Assembly (NCBI GenBank): GCA_946965045.2
Contig: OX337229.1
Location: forward strand, 6,271,244 to 6,335,243
Reading direction: 5' to 3'
Length of the DNA: 64,000 nucleotides
Origin: Epithemia pelagica
Taxonomy: Eukaryota > Protista > Bacillariophyta
Shown: positions 20,001 to 35,000 of the stretch, piece after piece
Layout: every line of letters begins with the position of its first letter
How positions within the stretch are numbered: the first letter of the stretch is position 1
Notes under the pieces: model-generated
Databases searched by the model: none
What the model was told of the DNA's origin: nothing
The model's input: the letters and a program-made list of their open reading frames with translations, nothing else
Position numbers and translations under genes: made by a program

Positions 20001-23000
20001 GAGGACGACGCCAAACGAAGAACAAGAAGCAATTTCCGCGTCAAGTGCAACGTGAACAACAAGCTCAACAAGAAGGAGAGCGACCCGAGCAACGTCCCAT
20101 GGCGGGTACTACCACCACGACAAGTCGTAGTATTCATTTCCATGCATCACCAACCGACGAAAGGGACGACCGGTTCGAACTAGAGGAGGATGGTCAGACG
20201 GTCGAGTCGGTCACAATCCGACACAGCAACCGTGCTCTCGATCACGATCCTATGCATGACTACTTTGATATTACCACCGACGAAGACGACGAAGATGTCA
20301 TCGAAAGCGAGGAAAGTGAAGAGGAACAGTTTTACGATGAACTGATGGAACCCGCCCGACGGCATACCGTGGTACCCATAGGATTGGGAACCCTTCCCAA
20401 CCGCACTCTGGAACGGAACCAGGATTCGCTACAAAGCAGCAGGAGAGCGCTTCAACCGGAGGAGCGAATGCAAAAAGCTCCTACGCACAATCCGCCGTTT
20501 CATCCCAAGCCCGAAGCAACGAAACCGTTGCGGTATGAGGAAAATAAAGATGCGGTGCTATACCAAAAAGCCAACGATTACCTTGGTAGACCTGCGGCTG
20601 GCTCTAAGGATGAGCTCGTCACCTCTAATACGAGTATGAGAGAAAAACAGCAGCTGCCTCTTCAAGAAGCAGGTCGACATGGCTATGCATTGGCAGCTCA
20701 TGACAAGGATCAAATTGCTCTGGTGGAATCCGCAGAGTTTACAAGTCCCAGTGAGCACGACATTTCAGATCGTACAGCAAATCACTCCATCGAGGCTTCC
20801 GAGTCCCCAATCAAGATGCGGTACCCTCAACGTCACAGCATTGGTGCGAGACCACCCGACGACGATGGGAAGATTCTCTTGGTAGACACAGTCATGATGC
20901 AGCCAAGTTATTTCGATGACAAGGACACGGAAAAGATGGAACCATTGACAACACCAGAAAGCGTCCCGCAACCAAGTTCACCATGGTTGGTGCAGTTGCA
21001 ACGACGCCGACATAGCTGTGCTGGTAATCTGGAACAGCCGAAAACATCATCATCATCATCTTCTTCTTCTTCTTCTCCTGGGGACAAAACTACCGAGGTC
21101 ATGAAACAATCACCATTGGTTCCAGACAAACAAGCATCCATAGAAGAAGATGCAGATGGTGCGGAGAGCATTGCCAGTATTCATCCGTTGGCTGCTGCTC
21201 AGGTAATTCCTGGGACGGAAACGAGTTGGGCGCATTTGTCCTTTGGGCAAATGTCGGCACATCCTTCGCCGCGATCCACTTCTTTGTTGAGATCACCCGA
21301 TGACGATACAACGACAAGCAGCGCCAGCGATTGGATGTCACCGGCTTCCCCACATTTGTCGAGACAACAGTCTCCTCGCTCGAAACCGGATCAAGGTGCG
21401 GAGACAACTGAGGTAATTGTCTCTTCTCCGACTCAGCAAGTTCATGTCGAGAAGCGATCCGTTGGCACTCTTACAAACCTTCTCCATCAAATATCAAAGA
21501 GGCAAATGGAAAATTATCCTCACATGGTTACTGCCCAAGAAGGCTCATCAGAAGGCTCTGCAAGTGACAGCAATAGCAGCGATACATCAAATCTCCACAT
21601 CCACGTGGGCTCTGTTTCACTGAACGAGGATGGTGTGGAACATTCCGAGCCGGCATTGCGAGCATCTTTGCAACAAAACAATGAGATGCTGGTCTTACAG
21701 AGCAGTGAATCACAGAAGATGGACGAATCAGGCTCAGATTCCGATGAATCCCAGTCACGGGGATATTTCATGGGTGTAGATCAAACTACATCAAAAGGAC
21801 AGAAATCAGCGGACAAGGTAGACGACGCTGAAAGTATTGTTAGCATTGAGCCACCTACAGTCACGGGTGCCACTCCCGGCACGGAAACCAGCTGGGCCCA
21901 CCTCTCACTAGGGCAGCTAGGTTCTAAATCTCCACCAACCCCAACATCATCTTTGTTGGGCAATAAGACAGCACCTGGCGATGAAAGCCCACAAAGGAGC
22001 GCGAGCAGTTGGATCTCATCGGATTCCCCACAACAACGGTCTGTTCAAGGATCACTTCGTCCGGAGTTGGATGGAAACAGATCCGAGAGGCAAGCTGTCA
22101 CATCGCTACGCCGAGGCACACAAAGACCGACCGGCAACCTGACGAACCTTCTTCGTGAATTATCGCTCAGAGATATGGAGAACAGCGGTAAAAACAGTCA
22201 TCAAATCGCAATGGCAGCCCTTTCGCAAAATGTCAGCAACAGCAGTGACTCGACTGGTCTTCATATCGACCTTGCTTCTGTCTCTACGACGGATCATTCG
22301 GAACATCATGAATCGTTGTTACAAGCCACCTTGCAACAAAGTAACGACATGTTGATCTTACGAAGCGGTATCGACGAATCAAGCTCATTTGGGGAAAACT
22401 CTGTTGGTGAATCTGACTTTCTCCCTACCGATGAAAAAAGTGAGCTCTTACATCCAGGATCGTCAGCGTTAGATGTGGATCCGACTAGTTCCGTTAGATT
22501 CGAGGAGAGTACCCACTTGTCAAGTGGTATCAGCCCCCGTTCAGAACAGACAAGCAATTATGCAACCGATTTATCGAACGCCCCGAATTCCAGAGATACG
22601 ATGGTCGTTCTTGGTCAACCGTCGCCAAGGGAAATATCATCTCAAACTTACGACAGCTGCAGTGTAGATAGTCCCCTGGTTGATATCCATTCCGTCTCCT
22701 CGATGGATCAGTCTTCAGCGATGTCCCAAAGTTCGATGCCTCAAGACACTCACACACGACGTTTGAACTACGAGCCTGTTGGTGATCCTATCATTTCAAG
22801 TAGCGACATGGATGGCACAGTGGCTGATACCACGGATTCCCCCTTGAAAAACGATGATCTACCTCGCAATGATGAAGCCGACATCGCCATTACAGCATCA
22901 CAGTCAAGTGGCCTCCAACCACGCATCGACGATACTTCGGCGGATGAAAAACTACGACTTGAGGAACAGAAAAGTCTTGTTCTTGGCAAAACGTTGAAAG

Positions 23001-26000
23001 ATGCAAAGTCCTTAGACAACAACCATAAGGACATTTGTGAGACAAATGTGGTCTTGGATGATCCTATATCAGATGGGTCAGAAAGACGACACTCGCACGA
23101 TGGGATGTCCTCACAGCATAGCCCCGAGAAACCAATCCATTATTGGCAGCGGCCCTATGCGCGATCAATGGAACATATGCTTATTACAGATCAAGAGATG
23201 GAGCAGGTTGACGGGTCCTTGAGCCACACCAATAGTGATAGTCCTTACCACATGACGCTGATTCCACAGACGAGCCATGATTTGTCGGAGATAGCCCAAG
23301 ATAATGAACAACTATTGTCAGAGAAGGATCGAGCCAACCCATCGTCTGTTCTACACGAATCCAGCGTTCCAAACGCCTCCTCCGAGCAGGATACCTTCTC
23401 TCTCTCCGTTTGTGGAGATGAAACAGCAGATGGCGACCATCAACAACCACTTGTGGTTTACGAAAGTGCCCCACCACAAACCTCACCTCTAGAGTCAAGA
23501 ACAGACCAGGTAGTTGATAGCGACAACGACAACATCGATGACGAATATAGATGCGGCCAGACTGAACTGAAGTTCTTCGAGGAGGAACCTCCGTTTGCCA
23601 GACAAAAAGAAGGAGCAGTAGCTTTTGACGATGTTTCAACGAATGAAACAGCAGATGGCGACCATCTACCACCACTTGGGGTTTCCGAAAGTGCCCCACC
23701 AACACAAACCTCACCTCTAGAGTCAAGAACAGACCAGCGAGGCGATAGCGACAACTTCAACGACAGCATCGATGTCGAATATAAACGCGGCCAGACTGAA
23801 TTGAAGCTCCACGAGGAGGAACCTGTAGCTCTTTTCGATGATTTCACGAAGCAAGTCGACGAAAGAGTGCACGATATCGACGAGCAACGAGGATTTGAGA
23901 ACAATACAGAAAAGGCAAATTTCTTGTCTGAGATGGTATTGGAATCTAATGCCATGGCTATCTTGGACGAGATGCTCGACAGCGATGCTAAAGGAGGCAC
24001 TTGTGACTCGCCTAGTCTTAGCGAGGATGACCACAATGCTTTCGGGGATGAGTTGTCGAACAGCAAGCCATCAGGCGATACCGAAAGTCCTGTAGAGTTT
24101 GCGGAATCACCAGAAACGATCATTGCCTATTCGGACCATCAACAAGAGGATGAAAACGATGGCAATATTTCTGTTCCGCAGTCGTTATGTGCCGCGTTGC
24201 TGTCTCCTGTCGCAATGGAGAAGACATCGGGCAACCAACATCACCATGAAGATAAAGAGGAAGACTTGGTCGTTAACGAGGAAAACGAAAATCAAATTTT
24301 GAACATATCGCGAGATTCTCTTAATGAGATGTCCGCACAGCATAGTCCCGAGCATCCAATCAAGTACTGGCAACGGCCATACGCTCGATCGATGGAAGAT
24401 GGCGTGGTTCCAGATCATGGAACGGAAGAGGATGACAGGTTTTGGAGCACGAGCAGTAATGAAAGTACAGGGCTACCTGATATGGAACGAGGTCCAGAAA
24501 CTGGCGAACATTTGTTGAACTCATCCTTAAATGATAAAGTCCACCAGCCAGTCGATCAAAACGCGAATTCAAAGCCGAATAAAGCGGTAATCGATTTTAT
24601 GAACTCGGAAAATGAACCAACTGATGACGTCGGTGCATTCCAGCATTCGTCTCCATCTTTAGACTCTGGAAACTCATCTTCTTCTCCCGTGGTAGCGTAC
24701 AAGACGTCACATGACGAAACCGATCCTGAAAATATTGAACATGGCATGTTACATATGAATCAAACTTTGACCTTATCAAACACGCAAGCCTCACTCCATG
24801 ACGGACCCCAACATTTGAGAGAGAAGTCGGAAGGTCAAGATGCCATCAATTCAACTTCTCAATTACAAGATGAGGAGCAGAAGAAGGGCACCATCGTCAA
24901 TGACTCTCGCTCTCCAATGCCGTATCCTGAAGATATCGCTATAAACAGCTCTTTGGATTCACAGCACCACAGACAACACGAAGACAAGCAGATGCAAGGA
25001 GCGCGACAAGAAATTGACAGCTCAACTACAACCTCAGGGGTAGTAAGCATACAAGACTCACAAACCACATCCGTATCGGAGCCATCACAAAACGACTACC
25101 CTGAGAAAGATACATCTCAGGCTTTCTCGCTTCTTTTCCCAAAACCTTCACTCATGCATTCGGACAGTTCATCCATGCATCCCGATACTTGGGACGACAA
25201 CGGCGAGTCCAATGTGATGGTACCTTTGAAACCACTCTCTTCTTCTGCTGAGGATAATGAGACTTCGGCTGAACCGAACGATCGCGAAGAATCAAGCGAG
25301 GCTTCTTTCGTGCCCCTGGACGACATGTCAATCCGTGCGAGTAATAAAAAGGACAACAATCCACCCAATGCGAGGGCACCATTATCCCCGCAAGTGCTTC
25401 CAGCAAGAGATAGCGAGTCTTTCGATACATCGGACGGAGAATCTCAATCCATTGAGACTTCTTTTGTGCCCTTGGACGATTTATCAGTTCGTCCTAGTAG
25501 TATGGATGACAGAAATGAGCCAAATCAGCAGATTGCGCTTTTATCCCCTATCTTTCCGACAGCCCAACACACCGACTCAATGGCTGAGAAGGACGCTGGA
25601 ACTCAATCAAGCGAAACTTCTTTTGTGCCATTGGACGACATGTCAGTTCGTCCCTGTAGTAGCGAGAATACGTTTCACCAAGAGGTAATGGAACCGACGC
25701 TACAACCCTCATCAGCTTCCCAAGACACCATGGCTTCAGTAGAAGTAGAGGAAAAATCTCAATCAAGCGAGCCTTTGAATGAATCAGAGGGAAAAGGCCA
25801 ATCGAGTGACACTTCCTTTGTTCCACTGGACGATTCCTTTATGCTTGCTGAAACTGAAGGCAACAAGTTTGAACCAAATTTGATGACACGGCTATCGCCG
25901 GTGGGCAACGAGGCTTTGGCAGAAACGGAGGCCAAAGGCCAATCGAGTGACACTTCCTTCGTTCCACTGGACGATTCCTCGATGCTTGCTGATACTGAAG

Positions 26001-29000
26001 CCAGCAAGTTTGATCCAAATGCAATTGTACCGACATCTCCGCCGGTGTCCTCCTACGGGGAGATCGAATATATGACTCATACAGACGAACCAGGTGAGTC
26101 AAATGATGTTTATCCTATCCCATGGGGAAATTCTGTTTCGGACGAAAACGACGAACAGGTGTTGGACAAGGATTGGAACGAAGCGGGCCATGTTGCCACA
26201 GACGACGAAGAGGAGGTTGTTAAGGTTATTGAAGTTGACGATGTGAATCCGTCGATTTCGTCGTTTGCGTCGTCGTCGTTATCTACCTGGAATGATGGAG
26301 ATAGCAATGAAGTTTCGAGCCAGAAAAATGACGCGAGTAATCACAACTCAGGCACGTGGCACTCTCCCCGATCGTCCGCACCATCTTCGTTGGGACACAG
26401 CAACAACAGTGACAATTCTTCATATGACACACCTGTGGATTCGGATCCTATTCCGAACACCTCGTCTTCGTTTATGGACTGTTTCAATGTCTTGGGGAAA
26501 TTGGGTGGACATACGCCATCAGAAGGTTCGGGTTCTTCTTCATCTTCCTTTGAGGGTTCCTCTTCAAGTTCATCGAATAGCACGGTCAGTCATCACAAAA
26601 ACGATACAATGACTGACGACGACGTCGAAGATCCGCCATTGGACATGTCCCTAGAGAGTCTTTCCGAACCCAACCTCAATGGATCTTTGACTCCCTCTGT
26701 TTTATCCGAAACAGCCAGGACAATTGATGAAAGAGAACGAGCCGAACACAATAAGACGACGGCGTCCACCGAACAGTTGGAGGATCCATCGTTGCACAGA
26801 AACAGTCTGTGTAGTGGTGGTGCTAGCGTTGCCTCTTCCTCACAAGAATTTAGCGGCTCGTCGCAGCACCCGAGAGCCACGGAAAATGACTCGTACGCGG
26901 ATACTGTGTCGTTTGACGACGGTGTGTCGAGTACCACTACCATGGAACTGCTTCAAGGCGAAGCCATTTTTCTTCCATCGCCTCTGCCGTCCACAAACAA
27001 GCAGGACGGTAAGAATGATGATCGTGGCGTATCCCCGCTGGCGCATTCATTGGTCATGGCACGGAAAGCAGCCAATGCAGCTCGTGGCAATGCTGCTCAT
27101 GGCGGGGAGGGCTCTTCTTCTTTGCCCACCAGTGACGATGAGCAGGACAAAACTGATATCAACCAGAACCTCAAAGGAGCTTCGTCCACTTCGGCGTCAT
27201 CATTATCCTTTTCCATGTCGTCTATCTGGACCGGTGGATACCTGTCCTACTCATCCGGCTCTACTCGCAGGTTCGCCATGGACCTGCCCTTACCGGATTC
27301 TGACCATGACAGTTACAATGCTGGTGACGACGCAGGAGATCAAGATTTGACGTTCCTATCCACTCCCAAACCGAGATATGACCGTGGTGATGTTCGTGAC
27401 GACTGGTCAGACTCAGGTTTGGGTTATGTGAGCCCCTCTGGATTGTCGCTTGCGGCTTCGACTACCAATTCGGAACTGTTTGCGGTTTCAGTCGCAGATG
27501 AAGAAGCTGCAAGCGCGCCTGCCTCTCCCGCAATCGAGCATGTCGTGCCTCAATCACGACTAAAACAGGACGCGCCGGCATCGTCGGTTGGAAATCTCTT
27601 TGCGTTTCCAGTCGCAGATGAAGAAACTGCAAGCACACCTGCCTTTCCCGCAGTCGAGCAAGCCGTGCCTCAACCGCGACCAAAACAGGACGCGCCGGCA
27701 TCGTCGATCAGGAATCTCAAAATGGATCAACGCAACAGCAACAATGACGAAAATGAGCATGGGGAATGGCCTCAAGTATCCGAACGGAACATCATAGGCG
27801 ATGCCTTGTCGCCACAGGCACCAACGTCATTACAGCTGGATTCTTTACATTTGCTGGATCAACAAGAGCGTCCTCAACCAAAGCAAGAACAACCATCGGT
27901 TGAAGACAAAAAGTTCCTTCCTGAAGCACCGCTGAACTCGTCCTCCCATGCCCACCCGCCAGCTGCTTCTACGGACGAGGAGGACGATGACCCGTTGGTC
28001 GTCTCTTCCTTTAGTAGTGACTACTCAGGCAGCGACCAAGAAGAGGATGTGCAAGACGATGCCAATGTGAACATTCCAGACCAGAACGCTTCGACGCCTC
28101 CAGGATCCACCAATCCGGTTGCCACCATTGATCAGACTCCATCGTTCAACGACGATCAGCAGCAAAAGGGCGAAACACAACTTGACCAAGCTTCCACGGC
28201 AGTCGCTGCTCCGTCCTCTCCAACGGCTAATCGACAAGAAGCAAAAGTGTGTCCTCTGGATGTGTTTGATGCCATGGGAGGAGCATCCGAGAAACTCACC
28301 ATGCCGCTCTCTCCCGAGTCGGATCCAGAGTCGGAATCACCAAGACATTGGATGGAAGCCGAGGATATGGACGCCTCGATTCAACAATGGTACCACCATG
28401 AATCCATCTCTGACGTCTCTTCGGCAATACAACAAGCGTTACAGGCACAAGAACGAAAGAACGACGACAACAATTATGAAGCCTTTCAGGCAAATGAATC
28501 GGATAGTTTCATCGAAGAAGAAGTCTTGGACGAAGAAGACGTCACAGAAGAAGAGATTCTGGAAGAAGTCATTGAAGATCATCAAGCAGAGGACGACGTA
28601 CTGGAAGAAGTTATCGTCGAGGAACATGCCGAAGGAGAAGAGATCCTGGAGGAGGAAATAATAGAGGAACTGGTCTCCTCGTCGTTTCTGGATATGGGCA
28701 GCTTTATTGAAGAAGTTATCCTCGAGGAAGACGAAGCCGAGGTCTTGAACGAACTGGCTGACACTGTCATCTCCCCTTTGAAACAGGATGAGAAAACGAA
28801 AGAACCTCTATCTCCAGTCCGTGAGTCACAAGGCTTGGAAAACTTGGCGCCCGTATCGCCACAAATGGGTGCCTCCATTCAGCGTTGGGAAAACCAGTTC
28901 GTCGACAAGGTTCAAGAAGAAATCCATGATCCTGTTGCGGCAGATGTGGGAAGTATGCTCGATAACGAAACGCGAAAGGACATGGTCTCGGACACACCGG

Positions 29001-32000
29001 GTAACAATCTTGTAGAAGACATGAGGCAGGAAAAGGACTTGGATACTGCGTTGGAATCTGCTCCTTCCGTTGAGTCTATGAGCAACACGGAGCTTCCTTT
29101 GTCACCAGTGTCGGAACCCAATGCTATGGTTGACTTGGCACCAATTTCTCCTCAAATGAATTCAGTTCTTCGACAGTGGGAAAATCGGTTTGCCGACAAC
29201 GCGGAAGCTCAAATTCAAGACCATGCTAACGCAGAGGCTAGTCGTGCTCGTACGGAAACGGAAACTGTCATGGACTCGTATACCCTGGAAGAAGACTTGA
29301 TGGAGGACGAGATGGAACATGACGATGAGCTAGATGGTGTGTTGGAATCGATCACGGCCTCGATCGAGTCCTACCAAGCTTTGGAAATACCACTCTCGCC
29401 GGTCTCGGAACCTGAAGAAATGATGGACTTGGCACCCATTTCGCCGCAAATGAATTCAGTAATTCAACAATGGGAAAACCGATTCGCCAAGAACGACGAG
29501 GACGATACCCACCATGCAGACGACGACGATGAAGCAATCGAATCCAGATCCGCTGGTAGCTCTGTTATGGAAGAAGATCTCGAGGATGACGACGAGTTCG
29601 AAGCCATTTCTCGATCCATGGAGCCAACAGATGATCTCGCACAACCAGAGTCGCCCATTGCAGACCCCGAAGGCATGTTGGAGCTGACTCCAATGTCCCG
29701 AGAAACGAGTGCCCTCATTGAGGATTGGGACAATCTTAGGCAGCAACAAACACAACTGGCCACGTCGGATGCACCGGGTGGTTTGGGACAAGAGGAAGAA
29801 CCTTTGACTGACACTGCCGATGCCAGTTCTCGATCGATTGAATCGTATGAATCCGTCACTGCGTCACAAACGTCCTTGGCTGAGTCCGAAGGATTAATGG
29901 ACCTGGCGCCAATATCATCACAAATGAATAATTCTATTCAACTTTGGGAAAGCTTCGTTGCGGACAATTCGCAAGAAATCAATTTTGACCACTCGTCACC
30001 TGCTGTCGAAGTTCCTCCCGACGACGTGGAAAATGACATGGCATCGATCCCAGCGGACATGTCCTCGCAGACGTCCTTGTCGGAGTCGGAAGGACTGATG
30101 GACCTTGCTCCAATATCATCACAAATGAATAATTCTATTCAACATTGGGAAAGCTTCATTGCCGGCAATTCGCAAGAAATCAACTTTGACATCACATCTC
30201 CAACTGTCGAAGTTCCTCACGACGACGTGGAAAATGACATGGCATCGATTCCAGCGGACATGTCCTCACAGACGTCCTTGTCGGAGTCGGAAGGACTGAT
30301 GGACCTTGCTCCAATATCATCACAAATGAATAATTCTATTCAACATTGGGAAAGCTTCGTTGCGGACAATTCGCAAGAAATCAATTTTGACCACTCGTCA
30401 CCTGCTGTCGAAGTTCCTCCCGACGACGTGGAAAATGACATGGCATCGATCCCAGCGGATATGTCCTCACAGACGTCCTTGTCGGAGTCGGAAGGACTGA
30501 TGGACCTTGCTCCAATATCATCACAAATGAATAATTCTATTCAACATTGGGAAAGTTTCATTGCGGGCAATTCGCAAGAAATCAATTTTGACCACACATC
30601 ACCTGCTGTCGAAGTTCCTCACGACGACGTGGAAAATGACACGGTATCGATTCCAGCGGACATGTCGTCGCAGACGTCCTTGTCGGAGTCGGAAGGACTG
30701 ATGGACCTTGCGCCAATATCATCACAAATGAATAATTCTATTCAACATTGGGAAAGCTTCATTGCGGACAATTCGCAAGAAATCAACTTTGACAACACAT
30801 CTCCAACTGTCGATAAGTCGCGTCCAGAAGAAAAGAACCATGCGGAAACAAAGTCGCAGTCTGCTGCAGCAAATGAAGAGGTCGGTAAGAACGAGTTGGA
30901 AGACATCAATTCTTCTATGGAGACAAATGAGTCGTTAGCACAACCAACGTCACCTGCTTCAGAGCCAGAATCGCTCGTTGATCACAATCCAGGGTCCAGT
31001 GAAATTGATGCAGCTATCCGGCGATGGGAAAATCGATTTGCCGAGGACGCCACTTGGGATGATGGAAAGATCGTCGGGGAGAAAACGAAAGTTATGAAGC
31101 AGTCACCAGAATCTGATCAAGATCCTCGTGATGAAACGTTCTTAGATGGTCCAGAACTTTCCAGCGCCGCCAGATCCATCCCTCACGAGTTTGAGTACGA
31201 GTCGGTAAGGTTTGTTGTTAGACGACCATATGGTGCAGAGATGGATCAAGCCTTGTGGTTTGAAAACGGCCAGCTTGGAGCCAAAGTCTATCAACAACAC
31301 GCATCGGCACACAGTGTGGAAACAATTGAGATTCTTGGACTCCGTGATGCTGACGGCTCAAAATTTGTGCTGTATGGCCATGATACCATTCGTCATGGAA
31401 CTCAGGATGGCGTATGGAGTAAGTCTTCCGACAATCATATCAAACTTGAAAATAAGGAAGAAGAACAACATGATGCGAAAAATCCGACACCACCACTTGA
31501 TGAACACTATCAACGCGCCATATCAATCCGTATAAAATACTGTACGACTCTTCTCTCAGCTGCGACAAAAATGTCACCAACTGACGCTTACAGCCCTATT
31601 CAGCCAGATGTTGGAAGTGACAAAGACGACTCTGCGAAGAAAGCTGTTTCTGTTATGAGTGATGTCACTGACCAAAAAAGAAAATCTAGAATGTCCACGC
31701 TAATGGCACCAGCAGACGAAAAGCAAAACGATGGGAATTCAAAGCATCCAACTAGTTTGGTTCCCAAGGTGAAAACGAGGGACATGCCACCGTTTTTGGA
31801 CAAGCTCAAGAAACGTACCGTGCCATCCAATGAAAAATCTGTGGCTACTTCTCCTATCGTTCCTGTACGGGATGACGATACCGATGTTGCTACTCGTGTT
31901 GGTAATGGTGCTCTGTCGCAACGAGATGCTGGTAGTCCATCAAAGCCAACGACACCAGAACAGGAAAAGCAAAACGACGAGGATTCAAAGCATCCAACTA

Positions 32001-35000
32001 GTTTGGTTCCCAAGGTGAAAACGAGGGACATGCCACCGTTTTTGGACAAGCTCAAGAAACGTACCGTGCCATCCAATGAAAAATCTGTGGCAACTTCTCC
32101 TATCGTTCCTGTACGGGATGACGATACCGATGTTGCTACTCGTGTTGGTGATGGTGCTCTGTCGCAACGAGATGCTGGTAGTCCATCAAAGCCAACGACA
32201 CCAGAAGAGGAGAAGCAAAACGACGAGGATTCAAAGCATCCAACTAGTTTGGTTCCCAAGGTCAAAACGAGGGACATGCCACCGTTTTTGGACAAGCTCA
32301 AGAAACGTACCGTGCCATCCAATGAAAAATCTGTGGCAACTTCTCCTATCGTTCCTGTACGGGATGACGATACCGATGTTGCTACTCGTGTTGGTGATGG
32401 TGCTCTGTCGCAACGAGATGCTGGTAGTCCATCAAAGCCAACGACACCAGAACAGGAAAAGCAAAATGACGAGGATTCAAAGCATCCAACTAGTTTGGTT
32501 CCCAAGGTGAAAACGAGGGACATGCCACCGTTTTTGGACAAGCTCAAGAAACGTACCGTGCCATCCAATGAAAAATCTGTGGCTACTTCTCCTATCGTTC
32601 CTGTACGGGATGACGATACCGATGTTGCTACTCGTGTTGGTGATGGTGCTCTGTCGCAACGAGATGCTGGTAGTCCATCAAAGCCAACGACACCAGAACA
32701 GGAAAAGCAAAATGACGAGGATTCAAAGCGTCCAACTAGTTTGGTTCCCAAGGTGAAAACGAGGGACATGCCACCGTTTTTGGACAAGCTCAAGAAACGT
32801 ACCGTGCCATCCAATGAAAAATCTGTGGCAACTTCTCCTATCGTTCCTGTACGGGATGACGATACCGATGTTGCTACTCGTGTTGGTGATGGTGCTCTGT
32901 CGCAACGAGATGCTGGTAGTCCATCAAAGCCAACGACACCAGAACAGGAAAAGCAAAATGACGAGGATTCAAAGCGTCCAACTAGTTTGGTTCCCAAGGT
33001 GAAAACGAGGGACATGCCACCGTTTTTGGACAAGCTCAAGAAACGTACTGGCAATGAAAAATCTGTGGCAACTTCTCCTATCGTTCCTGTACGGGATAAC
33101 GATACCGATGTTGCTATTTGTGTTGGTGATGGTGCTCTGTCGCAACGAGATGCTGGTAGTCCATCAAAGCCAACGACACCAGAACAGGAAAAGCAAAATG
33201 ACGAGGATTCAAAGCATCCAACTAGTTTGGTTCCCAAGGTGAAAACGAGGGACATGCCACCGTTTTTGGACAAGCTCAAGAAACGTACCGTGCCATCCAA
33301 TGAAAAATCTGTGGCTACTTCTCCTATCGTTCCTGTACGGGATGACGATACCGATGTTGCTACTCGTGTTGGTGATGGTGCTCTGTCGCAACGAGATGCT
33401 GGTAGTCCATCAAAGCCAACGACACCAGAACAGGAAAAGCAAAATGACGAGGATTCAAAGCGTCCAACTAGTTTGGTTCCCAAGGTGAAAACGAGGGACA
33501 TGCCACCGTTTTTGGACAAGCTCAAGAAACGTACCGTGCCATCCAATGAAAAATCTGTGGCAACTTCTCCTATCGTTCCTGTACGGGATGACGATACCGA
33601 TGTTGCTACTCGTGTTGGTGATGGTGCTCTGTCGCAACGAGATGCTGGTAGTCCATCAAAGCCAACGACACCAGAACAGGAAAAGCAAAATGACGAGGAT
33701 TCAAAGCGTCCAACTAGTTTGGTTCCCAAGGTGAAAACGAGGGACATGCCACCGTTTTTGGACAAGCTCAAGAAACGTACTGGCAATGAAAAATCTGTGG
33801 CAACTTCTCCTATCGTTCCTGTACGGGATAACGATACCGATGTTGCTACTCGTGTTGGTGATGGTGCTCTGTCGCAACGAGATGCTGGTAGTCCATCAAA
33901 GCCAACGACACCAGAACAGGAAAAGCAAAATGACGAGGATTCAAAGCGTCCAACTAGTTTGGTTCCCAAGGTGAAAACGAGGGACATGCCACCGTTTTTG
34001 GACAAGCTCAAGAAACGTACTGGCAATGAAAAATCTGTGGCAACTTCTCCTATCGTTCCTGTACGGGATGACGATACCGATGTTGCTATTTGTGTTGGTG
34101 ATGGTGCTCTGTCGCAACGAGATGCTGGTAGTCCATCAAAGCCAACGACACCAGAACAGGAAAAGCAAAATGACGAGGATTCAAAGCATCCAACTAGTTT
34201 GGTTCCCAAGGTGAAAACGAGGGACATGCCACCGTTTTTGGACAAGCTCAAGAAACGTACCGTGCCATCCAATGAAAAATCTGTGGCAACTTCTCCTATC
34301 GTTCCTGTACGGGATGACGATACCGATGTTGCTACTCGTGTTGGTGATGGTGCTCTGTCGCAACGAGATGCTGGTAGTCCATCAAAGCCAACGACACCAG
34401 AACAGGAAAAGCAAAATGACGAGGATTCAAAGCGTCCAACTAGTTTGGTTCCCAAGGTGAAAACGAGGGACATGCCACCGTTTTTGGACAAGCTCAAGAA
34501 ACGTACCGTGCCATCCAATGAAAAATCTGTGGCAACTTCTCCTATCGTTCCTGTACGGGATGACGATACCGATGTTGCTATTTGTGTTGGTGATGGTGCT
34601 CTGTCGCAACGAGATGCTGGTAGTCCATCAAAGCCAACGACACCAGAACAGGAAAAGCAAAATGACGAGGATTCAAAGCGTCCAACTAGTTTGGTTCCCA
34701 AGGTGAAAACGAGGGACATGCCACCGTTTTTGGACAAGCTCAAGAAACGTACTGGCAATGAAAAATCTGTGGCAACTTCTCCTATCCTCCCTGTACGGGA
34801 TGACGATACCGATGTTGCTACTCGTGTTGGTTATGGTGCTCTGTCGCAACGAGATGCTGGTAGTCCATCAAAGCCAACGACACCAGAACAGGAAAAGCAA
34901 AATGACGAGGATTCAAAGCGTCCAACTAGTTTGGTTCCCAAGGTGAAAACGAGGGACATGCCACCGTTTTTGGACAAGCTCAAGAAACGTACCGTGCCAT

